A DNA stretch of 64,000 bases from an uncultured Ruminococcus sp. Lineage in GTDB: Bacteria; Bacillota; Clostridia; Oscillospirales; CAG-382. The translations under genes and the position numbers were made by a program. Numbering within the stretch: the first letter of the stretch is position 1; each line of letters starts with the position of its first letter. This document shows, piece after piece, positions 28,015 to 37,032 of the stretch. The notes below the pieces were generated by a model. The model was given only the letters and a program-made list of their open reading frames with translations, was not told where the DNA came from and searched no databases. The stretch is from NCBI GenBank assembly GCA_964549435.1, contig CAZJVB010000006.1:263-64262 (forward strand). The letters run 5' to 3'.

Positions 28015-28912
28015 GCAGAGCGGCAGGAGATTGGATGTCCTACTTGCTGAGGCGGTGGGGATCAGCCGTTCCCGCGCGCAGCAGCTGATTGAAACCGGTG
28101 CCGTTCTTCTGAACGGGCGTCCCGCGCGCAAGCGGGATCTTCCTGTGGCAGGGGATATCGTTATGTTTGAGGAGCCGGAACCGGAAGAGCTTGCAGCGGT
28201 TCCGCAGGACCTGCCGATTGAGATCGTGTATGAGGACGAGCATCTGCTGGTAGTGAATAAGCCGCAGGGGATGGTGGTGCATCCCGCACCGGGAAATCCG
28301 GACGGAACGCTGGTCAACGCTTTGCTGTATCACTGCAAAGGACGGCTTTCCTCGATTAACGGAACGGTGCGTCCCGGTATTGTTCATCGGATTGATAAGG
28401 ATACTGCCGGTCTGCTGATCGTTGCCAAAACGGATGAGGCGCATGCCGGTCTTGCCGCGCAGATCGCCTCGCACAGCTTTGTTCGTCGCTATGAAGCTGT
28501 TTGCTGCGGTGTTTTCCGGGAACCGAACGGTACGGTGAATGCGCCGATCGGTCGTCATAAGACGGACCGGAAGCGCATGGCGGTCGTTTATGAACACGCT
28601 AAGCCGGCGATCACACATTACCGGGTGCTGGGAGAGGATGGCAGAAGGGAGTACTCGTTGGTAGAACTGACGTTGGAAACCGGACGAACACACCAGATCC
28701 GCGTGCATATGGCATATCTTGGACATCCGGTTGTGGGGGATCCGGTTTATAACCCTCATCCCGATAAGCCGCGCTTAGGGCTTTCGGGACAGTGTCTGTT
28801 TGCAAAATATATTGAATTCACTCATCCCGTAGGCGGTGCGGTTTTGGCTTTTGAAGCGGATCGCCCTTCGTTTCTGTCAGAGACTATTCGGAGGCTCGGG
28901 ATCAGAGGTTAG
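27986..28912 (+). CDS. rluD: RluA-family 23S rRNA pseudouridine synthase (RluD-like)
   Basis: ATG 27986 behind GGAGGA. S4 domain (RLDVLLAEAVGISRSRAQQLI) and catalytic HRIDKDTAGLL. Overlaps the lspA end by 29 nt. Confidence 0.9.
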   Translation: MTETIRIRPEQSGRRLDVLLAEAVGISRSRAQQLIETGAVLLNGRPARKRDLPVAGDIVMFEEPEPEELAAVPQDLPIEIVYEDEHLLVVNKPQGMVVHPAPGNPDGTLVNALLYHCKGRLSSINGTVRPGIVHRIDKDTAGLLIVAKTDEAHAGLAAQIASHSFVRRYEAVCCGVFREPNGTVNAPIGRHKTDRKRMAVVYEHAKPAITHYRVLGEDGRREYSLVELTLETGRTHQIRVHMAYLGHPVVGDPVYNPHPDKPRLGLSGQCLFAKYIEFTHPVGGAVLAFEADRPSFLSETIRRLGIRG

Positions 28913-28930
28913 AAAAAGGAGCATGTAATC

Positions 28931-29785
28931 ATGCAGAAACAGGAAGCTTTGCTGCTTGCCGAAAGGGCAGCGGAAATCAGAATGCTGGCGGTGGACGCGA
29001 TTTATCACGCGAAATCCGGTCATCCGGGCGGTTCGCTGTCCGTTACGGATATCATAACTTACCTGTATTTTCGGGAGATGAACGTGGATGCGGCGCATCC
29101 GCAAAATCCGGATCGCGACCGGTTTGTCCTATCCAAAGGGCATTGCTGCCCCGCGCTGTATGCAGCACTTGCCATGAAGGGGTATTTTCCGAAGGAGGAA
29201 CTGAATACGCTGCGTCATTTGGGCAGCTTCCTTTCCGGGCATCCGGATATGAAGCATATTCCCGGAGTGGATATGTCCACCGGTTCGCTCGGGCAGGGGA
29301 TTTCTGCGGCTGCCGGTATGGCGCTGGCGGGAAAGCGAGCCGGGAAATCGTATCGGGTATTCGCGGTTTTGGGAGATGGCGAGCTGCAGGAGGGGCAGGT
29401 TTGGGAGGCGGCAATGTTTGCCGCACATTATGGGCTGAAGCAGTTGATTGCGTTTGTGGATTTCAACCATCTGCAGATAGACGGCGATGTGCGGGAAGTT
29501 ATGGATCCTACGCCGATTGACCGGAAGTTTGAAGCTTTCGGATGGTATGCGCAATGTATCGACGGTCATGATTTTGCGCAGATTGAGACCGCAGTTGAAA
29601 ATGCCAAACGATCCGATCGCCCTTCTGTGGTGATTTGCACGACGGTCAAGGGAAAGGGCGTCTCTTTCATGGAGGATCAGTACGGGTGGCACGGAAAGGC
29701 GCCCAAAGCAGAAGAATATGAGATTGCGATGCGCGAATTGACGGCGGCATATGAACGGGCAAAGGAGGCGCGCAGAAATGGCTGA
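28931..29785 (+). CDS. transketolase, N-terminal (TPP-binding) subunit
   Basis: 284 aa with GHPGGSLS and GDGELQEGQVWEA motifs. This is the split-transketolase arrangement. Confidence 0.9.
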   Translation: MQKQEALLLAERAAEIRMLAVDAIYHAKSGHPGGSLSVTDIITYLYFREMNVDAAHPQNPDRDRFVLSKGHCCPALYAALAMKGYFPKEELNTLRHLGSFLSGHPDMKHIPGVDMSTGSLGQGISAAAGMALAGKRAGKSYRVFAVLGDGELQEGQVWEAAMFAAHYGLKQLIAFVDFNHLQIDGDVREVMDPTPIDRKFEAFGWYAQCIDGHDFAQIETAVENAKRSDRPSVVICTTVKGKGVSFMEDQYGWHGKAPKAEEYEIAMRELTAAYERAKEARRNG

Positions 29786-30713
29786 GAAAATAGCTACCAG
29801 AGCTGCCTATGGCAAGGCGCTTGCCGCGCTCGGTGAGCATACCATGTTTTATGTGATGGATGCGGATCTGTCCGGATCCACGCAGACCGCTGTTTTCGGA
29901 AAGAAATTTCCGGACCGGTTTATTAACTGCGGCATAGCGGAAGCGAATATGATTTCTGCTGCTGCTGGCATCGCTTCTACCGGTGTTCCGGTTTTTTGTT
30001 CCAGCTTTGCCATGTTTGCTTGTGGACGTGCCTATGAACAGATTCGAAACTCCGTGGCATATCCGGGACTGAATGTTAAAATCTGTGCTTCGCACGGCGG
30101 GATCACCGTTGGGGAGGATGGCGCGACGCATCAGTATTGCGAGGATTTGGCAGTGATGCGTGCGACGCCGAATATGGTTGTGGTCAATCCTGCAGATGCG
30201 ACAGAGACCGCTGCGGCGATCGGGGCGATTCTGCAATACGATGGTCCGGTGTATTGTCGCTTGGGGCGATTTGCCGTTCCGGTGGTGTTTGATCCGGCGA
30301 CCTATCGCTTTACCCTCGGAAAGGGAAATGTGCTGGCGGACGGCACGGATGTCGCTATCTTTGCGACCGGTATTCTCAATGCCGCCGCATTGGAGGCCAG
30401 AGAGCAGCTGAAAGCGTATGATATAGACGCGGCTGTGATTGATATGCATACGATCAAGCCGATAGATCGGGAGTTGATTACATTTTATGCGTCCAAAACC
30501 GGCGCAATTGTGACGGCAGAGGAGCATACCGTGATCGGAGGTCTGGGTAGCGCGGTTGCGGAAGTGTTGGCGGAAACCGTGCCGACGAAACTGGCGCGCG
30601 TGGGCATCGAGGACGTGTTCGGAACCTCTGCGTCGGCGGAAGTTTTGTTGGATTATTATAAGCTGAACGCGGCGGGAATCGTCGAAAAGACGCTTCGTTT
30701 GCTTGGAAAATAA
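29778..30713 (+). CDS. transketolase, C-terminal (pyrimidine-binding) subunit
   Basis: ATG 29778 (MAEKIATRAAYGKAL) behind AAAGGAGG, overlapping the N-subunit stop. GIAEANM motif. Confidence 0.9.
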   Translation: MAEKIATRAAYGKALAALGEHTMFYVMDADLSGSTQTAVFGKKFPDRFINCGIAEANMISAAAGIASTGVPVFCSSFAMFACGRAYEQIRNSVAYPGLNVKICASHGGITVGEDGATHQYCEDLAVMRATPNMVVVNPADATETAAAIGAILQYDGPVYCRLGRFAVPVVFDPATYRFTLGKGNVLADGTDVAIFATGILNAAALEAREQLKAYDIDAAVIDMHTIKPIDRELITFYASKTGAIVTAEEHTVIGGLGSAVAEVLAETVPTKLARVGIEDVFGTSASAEVLLDYYKLNAAGIVEKTLRLLGK

Positions 30714-30736
30714 GGGGATCGGAGGGAAAACGGGTT

Positions 30737-31489
30737 ATGACGGTTGAGGAGCTTGCCGTAAGGCTGGAGGAACGGATTCCGGCGTCATTGTCTGAGCCGT
30801 GGGATCATGACGGTCGCATGGTGATGCCGGAGCGGGATGGCAGAGTCAACCGTGTCCTTTGTGTGTTGGACTGTACAAGTGAGGCAATCCGGCGTGCTAA
30901 AGAACAGGACTGCAATGTGATCGTATCCCATCACCCGCTACTGTTTCACCCGCTGGCTTCCTTGACGGAAGCGGACAGCGTCGGTAAACGGGTGCTTGCC
31001 TGTGTCAAGGCAGAAATTTCCGTACTCTCCTATCATACCCGTTTAGATAGTATGGAGGGCGGCGTGAACGATTGTCTTGCTGCAGCGCTGGGGGTGCAGA
31101 GGCCTTATGCGTTCCTTCCGTATGGGCGAATCGGCGAGGTGGAGCCTCAGTCTTTTGAAGCTTTTTATGAAGAGGTTTCCGAACGTCTGCATGTTGCGCA
31201 GTTTCCTTGCGTAAAGGCGTCGGACACTGTACGGCGGGTGGCTGTCGTTTCCGGCTGCGGAAAGGATGAAATCGCCGCAGTGTTGGCAGCGGGTGCGGAC
31301 ACCTATGTGACCGGTGAGGTTATGCATAACCATATGATTGATTGTAAGGAATTGGGGCTGAACCTGCTTTGTGCGACTCATTATGCGACGGAACGCGTGG
31401 TCGTTCCGTTTCTCGGTGATTTGGTGCGTGCTTGCGGTGTGCCGGCAGTAGAGTATCCGTTTACAAGAGAGGACGAATATGGCGTTTGA
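30737..31489 (+). CDS. Nif3-like dinuclear metal centre protein
   Basis: 250 aa. VIVSHHPLLFHPL and a C-terminal TGE..HN / ATHYATE pattern typical of NIF3/YqfO. Confidence 0.85.
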   Translation: MTVEELAVRLEERIPASLSEPWDHDGRMVMPERDGRVNRVLCVLDCTSEAIRRAKEQDCNVIVSHHPLLFHPLASLTEADSVGKRVLACVKAEISVLSYHTRLDSMEGGVNDCLAAALGVQRPYAFLPYGRIGEVEPQSFEAFYEEVSERLHVAQFPCVKASDTVRRVAVVSGCGKDEIAAVLAAGADTYVTGEVMHNHMIDCKELGLNLLCATHYATERVVVPFLGDLVRACGVPAVEYPFTREDEYGV

Positions 31490-33215
31490 CGGCTTTTTCT
31501 GCGTTGCAGTTGCAAACGAATTGAACGCATGGACGGGCGCAAAGGTGGAAAAAATTCACCAAAGCGCTCCGTCCTGTATCTATTTATGCCTGTATCGGGA
31601 GGGGAAGCACGCAAGCCTGATCCTTTCCGCTGCCGCTTCCAAGCCGTTGGCAGCAATCACAACGGTGGGGATTGCCAAACCAAAGGATCCGACGCCGCTT
31701 TGTATGTTGTTCCGCAAGCATTTGCAGAACGGACGGCTGACCGGCGTGGAGTGCATAGAGCATGAACGTATTCTTCGGTTTTGCTTTGAGAGTGCAGATG
31801 AATTGGGCTTTCTTCGCAAAAAGTGGATTTACGCGGAGATGATGGGCAAGTATTCCAATCTTATTCTGGTCGGGGAGGACGGTCGTATTGTTGGAGCGAC
31901 CTCTACGGCGGATCTGACCGCTTCTGTGCGACAGGTTATGCCGGGCATGCCCTATGAACTGCCGGCGGCACAGGAGAAATTTGATGTACTCAAAATTTCG
32001 GAGAGCGATTTTTTTGCTCTGCTTTCGGTGAACAGAGAAATGCTGTTTGACCGTTTCTTAGTTTCCAAATTCTTTGCCTTTTCTCCGACGGTTGCGCGCG
32101 AGATTGCATTTTTAGCGTCCGGCAGAACGGAAATTCCGGTCAGTGAATTGTCGGCGGAACGTGCATGGCATTGCCTTTCGCTTGTCCTTTCGATGATTCG
32201 GGAGAAGCGTTTTTCTCCCTGCGCCGTGTATGACGGGGAGCGCGGTGTGGAGTACGCTTACCTGCCCTTGACACAGTATACCGGATTGACGCTGCGTGCG
32301 GCGGAAAGCTTTTCGGATTTGCTGCTTTCCTACTTTTCCACAAAGGAAGAGACGGTCAATCTTCGCTCCTATGCAGCGGATATCCTGAAAACGGTGCAGA
32401 CGTATCTTTCCCGTGAACAGCGCAAGGTAGGAACGCAGCAGAAGGAACTGGCAGATTGTGAAAAGCGGGAGGAGCTGAGAAAGACCGGCGACTTGATTAT
32501 GGCAAATTTGTATCGGTTGCAGCAAGGCATGCAAAGCGCCGCTGTCACGGATTATGAAACCGGTGAAGAGGTGACACTGACGCTGGACGGTCGCCTGTCT
32601 CCCGCGCAGAATGCACAATCGTATTATAAGCGGTATGCGAAAATGAAACGCGCTGCGGAAGCGCTGCGGGAGCAAATTGCTCTTGCGGAGAGAAAGATTG
32701 ATCATTTAGAAAGCATACTCGACGCCGTGGTAAGGGCAACAGAGCTTTCCGATCTGGAGGAGATCCGGCGAGAACTGGCGGAAACCGGATTTCTGCGTTC
32801 AAGGGATGATTCCGGCAGGAATAATAAAAAGAAACGCACACCGCTGTCTCGCCCTTTGACCTATACTACAACGGATGGAATGACGGTTCGTGTGGGGCGA
32901 AACAATCTGCAAAACGATGCGCTTACCGCTGCGGCTGAAAAAAAAGATCTTTGGTTCCATATTAAGAAGTTCCACGGCTCGCATGTGATTCTGATGACTG
33001 GCGGGAAGGAACCGACGGACCGGGATTATACCGAGGCTGCTATGCTTGCCGCTTTTCACAGCGAAAAGAAGGGCAGTACCCATGTCGAAGTGGATTATAC
33101 AAGGGTGAAAAATCTACGGAAACCGTCCGGAAGTGCACCCGGGTTCGTCACGTATGAAACCTATTACAGCGCTGTCGTGGATGCGCGCGATCCGTTTGCC
33201 GGCTCCGACCGGTAA
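31479..33215 (+). CDS. rqcH: ribosome quality control factor RqcH (NFACT / FbpA family)
   Basis: 578 aa. MAFDGFF N-terminus, central coiled coil, and a C-terminal NFACT-R segment (DLWFHIKKFHGSHVIL). Confidence 0.85.
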   Translation: MAFDGFFCVAVANELNAWTGAKVEKIHQSAPSCIYLCLYREGKHASLILSAAASKPLAAITTVGIAKPKDPTPLCMLFRKHLQNGRLTGVECIEHERILRFCFESADELGFLRKKWIYAEMMGKYSNLILVGEDGRIVGATSTADLTASVRQVMPGMPYELPAAQEKFDVLKISESDFFALLSVNREMLFDRFLVSKFFAFSPTVAREIAFLASGRTEIPVSELSAERAWHCLSLVLSMIREKRFSPCAVYDGERGVEYAYLPLTQYTGLTLRAAESFSDLLLSYFSTKEETVNLRSYAADILKTVQTYLSREQRKVGTQQKELADCEKREELRKTGDLIMANLYRLQQGMQSAAVTDYETGEEVTLTLDGRLSPAQNAQSYYKRYAKMKRAAEALREQIALAERKIDHLESILDAVVRATELSDLEEIRRELAETGFLRSRDDSGRNNKKKRTPLSRPLTYTTTDGMTVRVGRNNLQNDALTAAAEKKDLWFHIKKFHGSHVILMTGGKEPTDRDYTEAAMLAAFHSEKKGSTHVEVDYTRVKNLRKPSGSAPGFVTYETYYSAVVDARDPFAGSDR

Positions 33216-33244
33216 TACAAAGATAGCAAAAAGGAGTTTACAAA

Positions 33245-33808
33245 ATGGCAAAGATTCGATGGAAGGGCGGGACGATGCTTTCTCCGGTCCCCGTTGTGCT
33301 GGTCAGCTGCTCGGACGGTGATAAAACAAATGTTTTCACGGTCGCGTGGACAGGCATCGTCTGTTCCAATCCGCCGCGTACTTACATTTCGGTGCGACCG
33401 GAGAGATATTCCTATGAGCTGATTCAGAAGAGCGGAGAATTCTGCATTAACCTGCCGACTTCGTATATGGCAAAGCTGGTGGATTTCTGCGGTGTCAAAT
33501 CCGGCAGAGAGTTTGATAAATTCAGGAAGCTCAACATGACGCCGGAGCCATCGGAAACCGTTGCCTGCCCGTCGGTTGCGGAATGTCCGATTACGCTCGA
33601 ATGTAAGGTGTTTGAGCAGAAACCGCTGGGAAGTCATACGATGTTTCTTGCGGACATTACGACGGTAACGGTGGATGAGCGTATCGTAGGTGAGGACGGC
33701 AAGATGCGTTTGGAGAAAGCGGGATTAATGGCATACGGCCACGGTACCTATTATACGCTGGGGAAACGGATCGGCACCTTTGGCTATTCCGTTCGTAAAA
33801 AAAAATGA
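33245..33808 (+). CDS. flavin reductase family protein
   Basis: 187 aa. The PVPVVLVSC....NVFTVAWTG pattern of the flavin reductase-like FMN-binding fold. SD AAAAGGAG upstream. Confidence 0.8.
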   Translation: MAKIRWKGGTMLSPVPVVLVSCSDGDKTNVFTVAWTGIVCSNPPRTYISVRPERYSYELIQKSGEFCINLPTSYMAKLVDFCGVKSGREFDKFRKLNMTPEPSETVACPSVAECPITLECKVFEQKPLGSHTMFLADITTVTVDERIVGEDGKMRLEKAGLMAYGHGTYYTLGKRIGTFGYSVRKKK

Positions 33809-34281
33809 CTGCGGTGACCGTCGTTCATGTAGGGGATTTCCGCGAGACATATTTCCGTGAGGCGGAAGAGGAATACCGCAAGCGGCTGCAAAGATATTGC
33901 CGGTATCAGACGGTTTGCATTCCCGAAGAGCGGATTCCGGAGGAAACCAATTCTTCACAGGTGCTGCGTGCATTGGAAAAGGAGGCGGCGAGGATCCGGA
34001 CGGCGATCCCGTCCGGCTGTACCAAAATTGCGCTTTGCGTGGAAGGCAAACAGCTTTCCTCGGAAGCATTCGCCTCCCTGCTGGAAGAGAAGGCATTGCT
34101 GGGTAGTATCTGTTTTTTGATTGGCAGCAGTCACGGATTGGAGGAGAGACTGAAAAAAGAATGTTCGGTTCGGTTATCTCTCTCTGCCATGACATTTCCG
34201 CACCGTTTGGCGCGGTTATTGCTGACGGAGCAGGTATACCGTGGCTTTTCCATTCTTGCCGGAAAATCGTATCATAAATGA
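33805..34281 (+). CDS. rlmH: 23S rRNA (pseudouridine1915-N3)-methyltransferase
   Basis: 158 aa. C-terminal LSLSAMTFPHRLARLLLTEQVYRGFSILAGKSYHK is the RlmH/SPOUT signature. ATGA overlap with the upstream gene. Confidence 0.9.
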   Translation: MTAVTVVHVGDFRETYFREAEEEYRKRLQRYCRYQTVCIPEERIPEETNSSQVLRALEKEAARIRTAIPSGCTKIALCVEGKQLSSEAFASLLEEKALLGSICFLIGSSHGLEERLKKECSVRLSLSAMTFPHRLARLLLTEQVYRGFSILAGKSYHK

Positions 34282-34347
34282 TTTCTTGCATAAAGAAGCT
34301 TCTTTCCTGTCAATACTAAGATTGACAACTTGAAAGGAGTTTTTCTT

Positions 34348-34506
34348 ATGTCACAGTCCAAGAATCAAAAGAACGCAAAAAACCAGCAAAATCAGCAGAA
34401 TCAAAACCAACAGAATCAGAACCAAAATCAGCAGAACCAGAATCAGAACCAGCAGAACAACAAGGCAAAGAACGAAAAGTCCCGCGATCAGCTGTTTGAT
34501 TTCTGA
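34348..34506 (+). CDS. 52-aa Asn/Gln-repeat micro-protein (hypothetical)
   Basis: Not in the ORF track (<60 aa). ATG 34348 lies 8 nt after AAAGGAG. Translation: MSQSKNQKNAKNQQNQQNQNQQNQNQNQQNQNQNQQNNKAKNEKSRDQLFDF (33 of 52 residues are N or Q). A strong terminator follows. Confidence 0.55.
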   Translation: MSQSKNQKNAKNQQNQQNQNQQNQNQNQQNQNQNQQNNKAKNEKSRDQLFDF

Positions 34507-34536
34507 CGAAACAGCAGATTTTCTCCTTAGCCGACA

Positions 34537-34574
34537 AAGCAACCCGCCGGAAAGTCTCCGGCGGGTTGCTTTTG
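34537..34574. terminator. bidirectional rho-independent terminator between convergent genes
   Basis: 14-bp perfect stem AAGCAACCCGCCGG/CCGGCGGGTTGCTT (34537-34550 / 34558-34571), 7-nt loop, with T-runs on both strands. Confidence 0.85.
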
Positions 34575-34591
34575 CGGAAGGGTATAGATGA

Positions 34592-35806
34592 TCAGAGAAG
34601 GATGCCGGAAAGGTATTGCAGCAATACTGTTCCGTCTTCGGGATTGAAGGCTCCGTCCCCATTCAGATCGAGATCGACACCGGCAGGCGCTTCCTTAATC
34701 CCTGCAAGATACTGAAGAAGAGCGACGATATCAAGGCTGTCGGCAGCACCGTCTTGGTTGACGTCATATTTTGGAAAGCGGAACGCAGTTTCTGAAAGTA
34801 CGGGAAACCGCAGCAGGACGGCGCCGTTTCCGAAATAATCCTCATTTTCCTGATGGGAGATTTTGAAGGGTAGCTTATCGAAATGCGTGGGTACGGTGGC
34901 GCTTCCGGTTAGAAAAAAATCATCATATATTTTGTCGTTATCGTCCCAGGTTGTATCCACACCATACCAGACGCCGTCTTCCATCCGGACGATATTCCAT
35001 GCGTGGTATCCCTGCTCGCCGCTTGCGGAGACACTGTATCCAAAGACGGTCATGCAGGGAATTTGGTAGACGTCGCAGAGCAGCTTGAAAGCCGCGGCAT
35101 ACCCTTCACAGACTGCTTTTCCATCCACCAATGCTCCGTATACAGAATGCGCGCAGGGAGCGTCAAGATCATAAACAATCCTTTCGCAGAGCCAATCGTG
35201 AAATTGCCGGAGCAGTTCATATCGCGTGCTGTTTTGTGAGAAGGAAAGTCCGTTCAGAACGTCCTGCAATGCTTGGAGGGCAGCCGGATAGGACTCGACA
35301 GTAATGCCTTTCCCGACGACGAAGCTGCATTGAATCGTAACAGATGTCAAAACGGTACCCCGATAATGATATGTATAGCTGGTTTTTATGGTATTTTCAC
35401 ACCAAAAAAGCAGCGGATCATCCATAACAGCGGCAACATAAGCGGGCCAAACGATCTCTGTGACAGCCGTATTCAAACGGTTGATGAAGGTTTGATCCGG
35501 TCCGCCGGAAGGGACAGGTACGGCAGGCAGGGAGGATAAAGACATGCTGATGGTACAGCTTTCGGGAGTTGCTTGCCGAAAGCGGGTGTACAGGTTTTTC
35601 TGATCGATAGACTGCAATTGATCATAGTAGAGGTAGGAAACGGAAAAGTCAACAGCAGTTCCTGAGAAAAGAGCTTCCGGTCCGCACGGTGTGAGCACCT
35701 CAGAATAACCGGTCTGCTCCGGAATGACTGCACCAACGTGAAAGGTCTGCAGCAGCAGGAGCAGCAGGAAACAGACGGTGAAGCATTTCCGGTTTCTGTG
35801 TTTCAT
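34592..35806 (-). CDS. secreted transglutaminase-like cysteine protease-fold protein with C-terminal dockerin
   Basis: Signal peptide. Cys-His-Asp core (CEGYAAAFKLLCD, GYHAWNIV, GVDTTWDD). Two dockerin Ca-binding repeats (DVNQDGAADSLDIVALLQYL, DLNGDGAFNPEDGTVLLQYL). Confidence 0.8.
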   Translation of the reverse strand: MKHRNRKCFTVCFLLLLLLQTFHVGAVIPEQTGYSEVLTPCGPEALFSGTAVDFSVSYLYYDQLQSIDQKNLYTRFRQATPESCTISMSLSSLPAVPVPSGGPDQTFINRLNTAVTEIVWPAYVAAVMDDPLLFWCENTIKTSYTYHYRGTVLTSVTIQCSFVVGKGITVESYPAALQALQDVLNGLSFSQNSTRYELLRQFHDWLCERIVYDLDAPCAHSVYGALVDGKAVCEGYAAAFKLLCDVYQIPCMTVFGYSVSASGEQGYHAWNIVRMEDGVWYGVDTTWDDNDKIYDDFFLTGSATVPTHFDKLPFKISHQENEDYFGNGAVLLRFPVLSETAFRFPKYDVNQDGAADSLDIVALLQYLAGIKEAPAGVDLDLNGDGAFNPEDGTVLLQYLSGILL

Positions 35807-35884
35807 GGGGGCAAAGATCCTTTCAGTGATAAATATATGTTAGTATATCATGGGAAAAACAAAATGTCAATCGAAAAAAGGGTG

Positions 35885-35913
35885 TTGCAAAATGCTGGTA
35901 AATATAGTATACT
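35885..35913 (+). promoter_or_regulatory. sigma-A-like promoter for cysE
   Basis: TTGCAA (35885-35890)-17 nt-TATACT (35908-35913), about 38 nt upstream of ATG 35952. Confidence 0.45.
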
Positions 35914-35951
35914 GTATTGAAGAATCCGAAGGAAAATGAGGCATAGGGACA

Positions 35952-36854
35952 ATGATGAAAGAATGGCTCGGCGCAGAGATCGGTCACACGGCAGATCAGC
36001 TGATTGCATTGAACCGCGGCAACGATGCAGGCGCGGCGGTGAGTGGTTTTGGTGTGAAAACGCGTGTACTGCGTGCGACGGAACTGCTGCGTACAGCGAT
36101 GTATCCGAATATTTTTTCTGCGGAGCAGGTACCGGCGGATGCCCTGCCCGCCTTTGTAGCGGAGAATCTGCAGAAGGCGGCGCTATTGCTGTGCGGTTTG
36201 GCTGGTGAGATCTATTGCTATTCCTGTGACGGAGATGCTCCGGTCGGATCGATTTGTGCCTCCTGTGAGGAACAGGCGGATCGGGCAATTCAGCTGTTTA
36301 TGGCGTCCCTGCCGGAAGTGATGCGGCTTCTGAATACGGATATTGAAGCGGCGTATCTGGGAGATCCTGCCGCGCGCAATCATTCGGAAATTATGCTGGC
36401 ATACCCCTCCTTTGAAGCAATCAGCATCTACCGTCTTGCCCACAGTCTGTTCTTGCTCGGCGTGCCGTTGATCCCGCGTATCATGACGGAATATGCCCAT
36501 CAGAAGACGGGAATTGATATTCATCCCGGCGCTTCGGTCGGTGAGAGCTTTTTCATTGACCACGGCACCGGCGTCGTCATCGGGGAAACCTGTACAATCG
36601 GCAGCAATGTCAAGCTGTATCAGGGTGTTACTTTGGGTGCAAAAAGTTTTGAGATGGATGAGAACGGGAATCCTGTCAAGGGAATCAAGCGGCATCCGGA
36701 TATCGGTGACCGCGTAGTGATCTATGCCGGCGCGACTATCCTTGGTGGAGATACCCGCATCGGTGACGACAGTGTGATCGGGGGAAATGTCTGGCTGACG
36801 CATTCCGTTCCGGCGGGAAGTAAGGTTTATAACACGCTTTCCGCGAGGACATAG
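35952..36854 (+). CDS. cysE: serine O-acetyltransferase (long form)
   Basis: 300 aa. SAT N-terminal helical domain plus hexapeptide-repeat segment IHPGASVGESFFIDHGTGVVIGETCTIGSNVKLYQGVTLG. Confidence 0.88.
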   Translation: MMKEWLGAEIGHTADQLIALNRGNDAGAAVSGFGVKTRVLRATELLRTAMYPNIFSAEQVPADALPAFVAENLQKAALLLCGLAGEIYCYSCDGDAPVGSICASCEEQADRAIQLFMASLPEVMRLLNTDIEAAYLGDPAARNHSEIMLAYPSFEAISIYRLAHSLFLLGVPLIPRIMTEYAHQKTGIDIHPGASVGESFFIDHGTGVVIGETCTIGSNVKLYQGVTLGAKSFEMDENGNPVKGIKRHPDIGDRVVIYAGATILGGDTRIGDDSVIGGNVWLTHSVPAGSKVYNTLSART

Positions 36855-36900
36855 GAAAATGGCATCCTCCTTGTAACGATTAATCCGATTCTGTAAAGAA

Positions 36901-36952
36901 AACCCACTATGTTATCTTTCCGTTTTGAAAGTGTCATAGTGGGTTATATTCT
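36901..36952. terminator. terminator hairpin between convergent cysE and the M23 peptidase gene
   Basis: 11-bp stem AACCCACTATG/CATAGTGGGTT (36901-36911 / 36935-36945) with inner CTTTC/GAAAG pairing. T-rich flanks on both strands. Confidence 0.7.
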
Positions 36953-37032
36953 TCCGGGCTATGCTTTTTCGGCAGAGGAAAGCAATTTCTTTACGCGGTT
37001 CCTTCTAAGCGCTGTTTTTGGAGCGGAGGTTT

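Noticed and set aside
25364-28759. Series of 200-240-aa minus-strand ORFs (25364-26089, 26225-26851, 27604-28317, 28040-28759) inside ileS, lspA and rluD.
   Set aside because: All are antisense to strongly motif-supported genes and are R/H/C-rich. They are shadow ORFs.
29667-30527. 286-aa ORF antisense to the transketolase C-terminal subunit.
   Set aside because: This is a shadow ORF. The sense strand has clear transketolase motifs.
34346-34662. Minus-strand ORFs (63 and 103 aa) whose Leu/Val/Ile-rich 'TM-like' segment is the reverse complement of the Asn/Gln repeat.
   Set aside because: The hydrophobic run is an automatic consequence of reading AAY/CAR repeats backwards. The 103-aa frame runs through the terminator hairpin and into the end of the dockerin gene, and it lacks an SD. 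The plus-strand ORF has an SD and a terminator.
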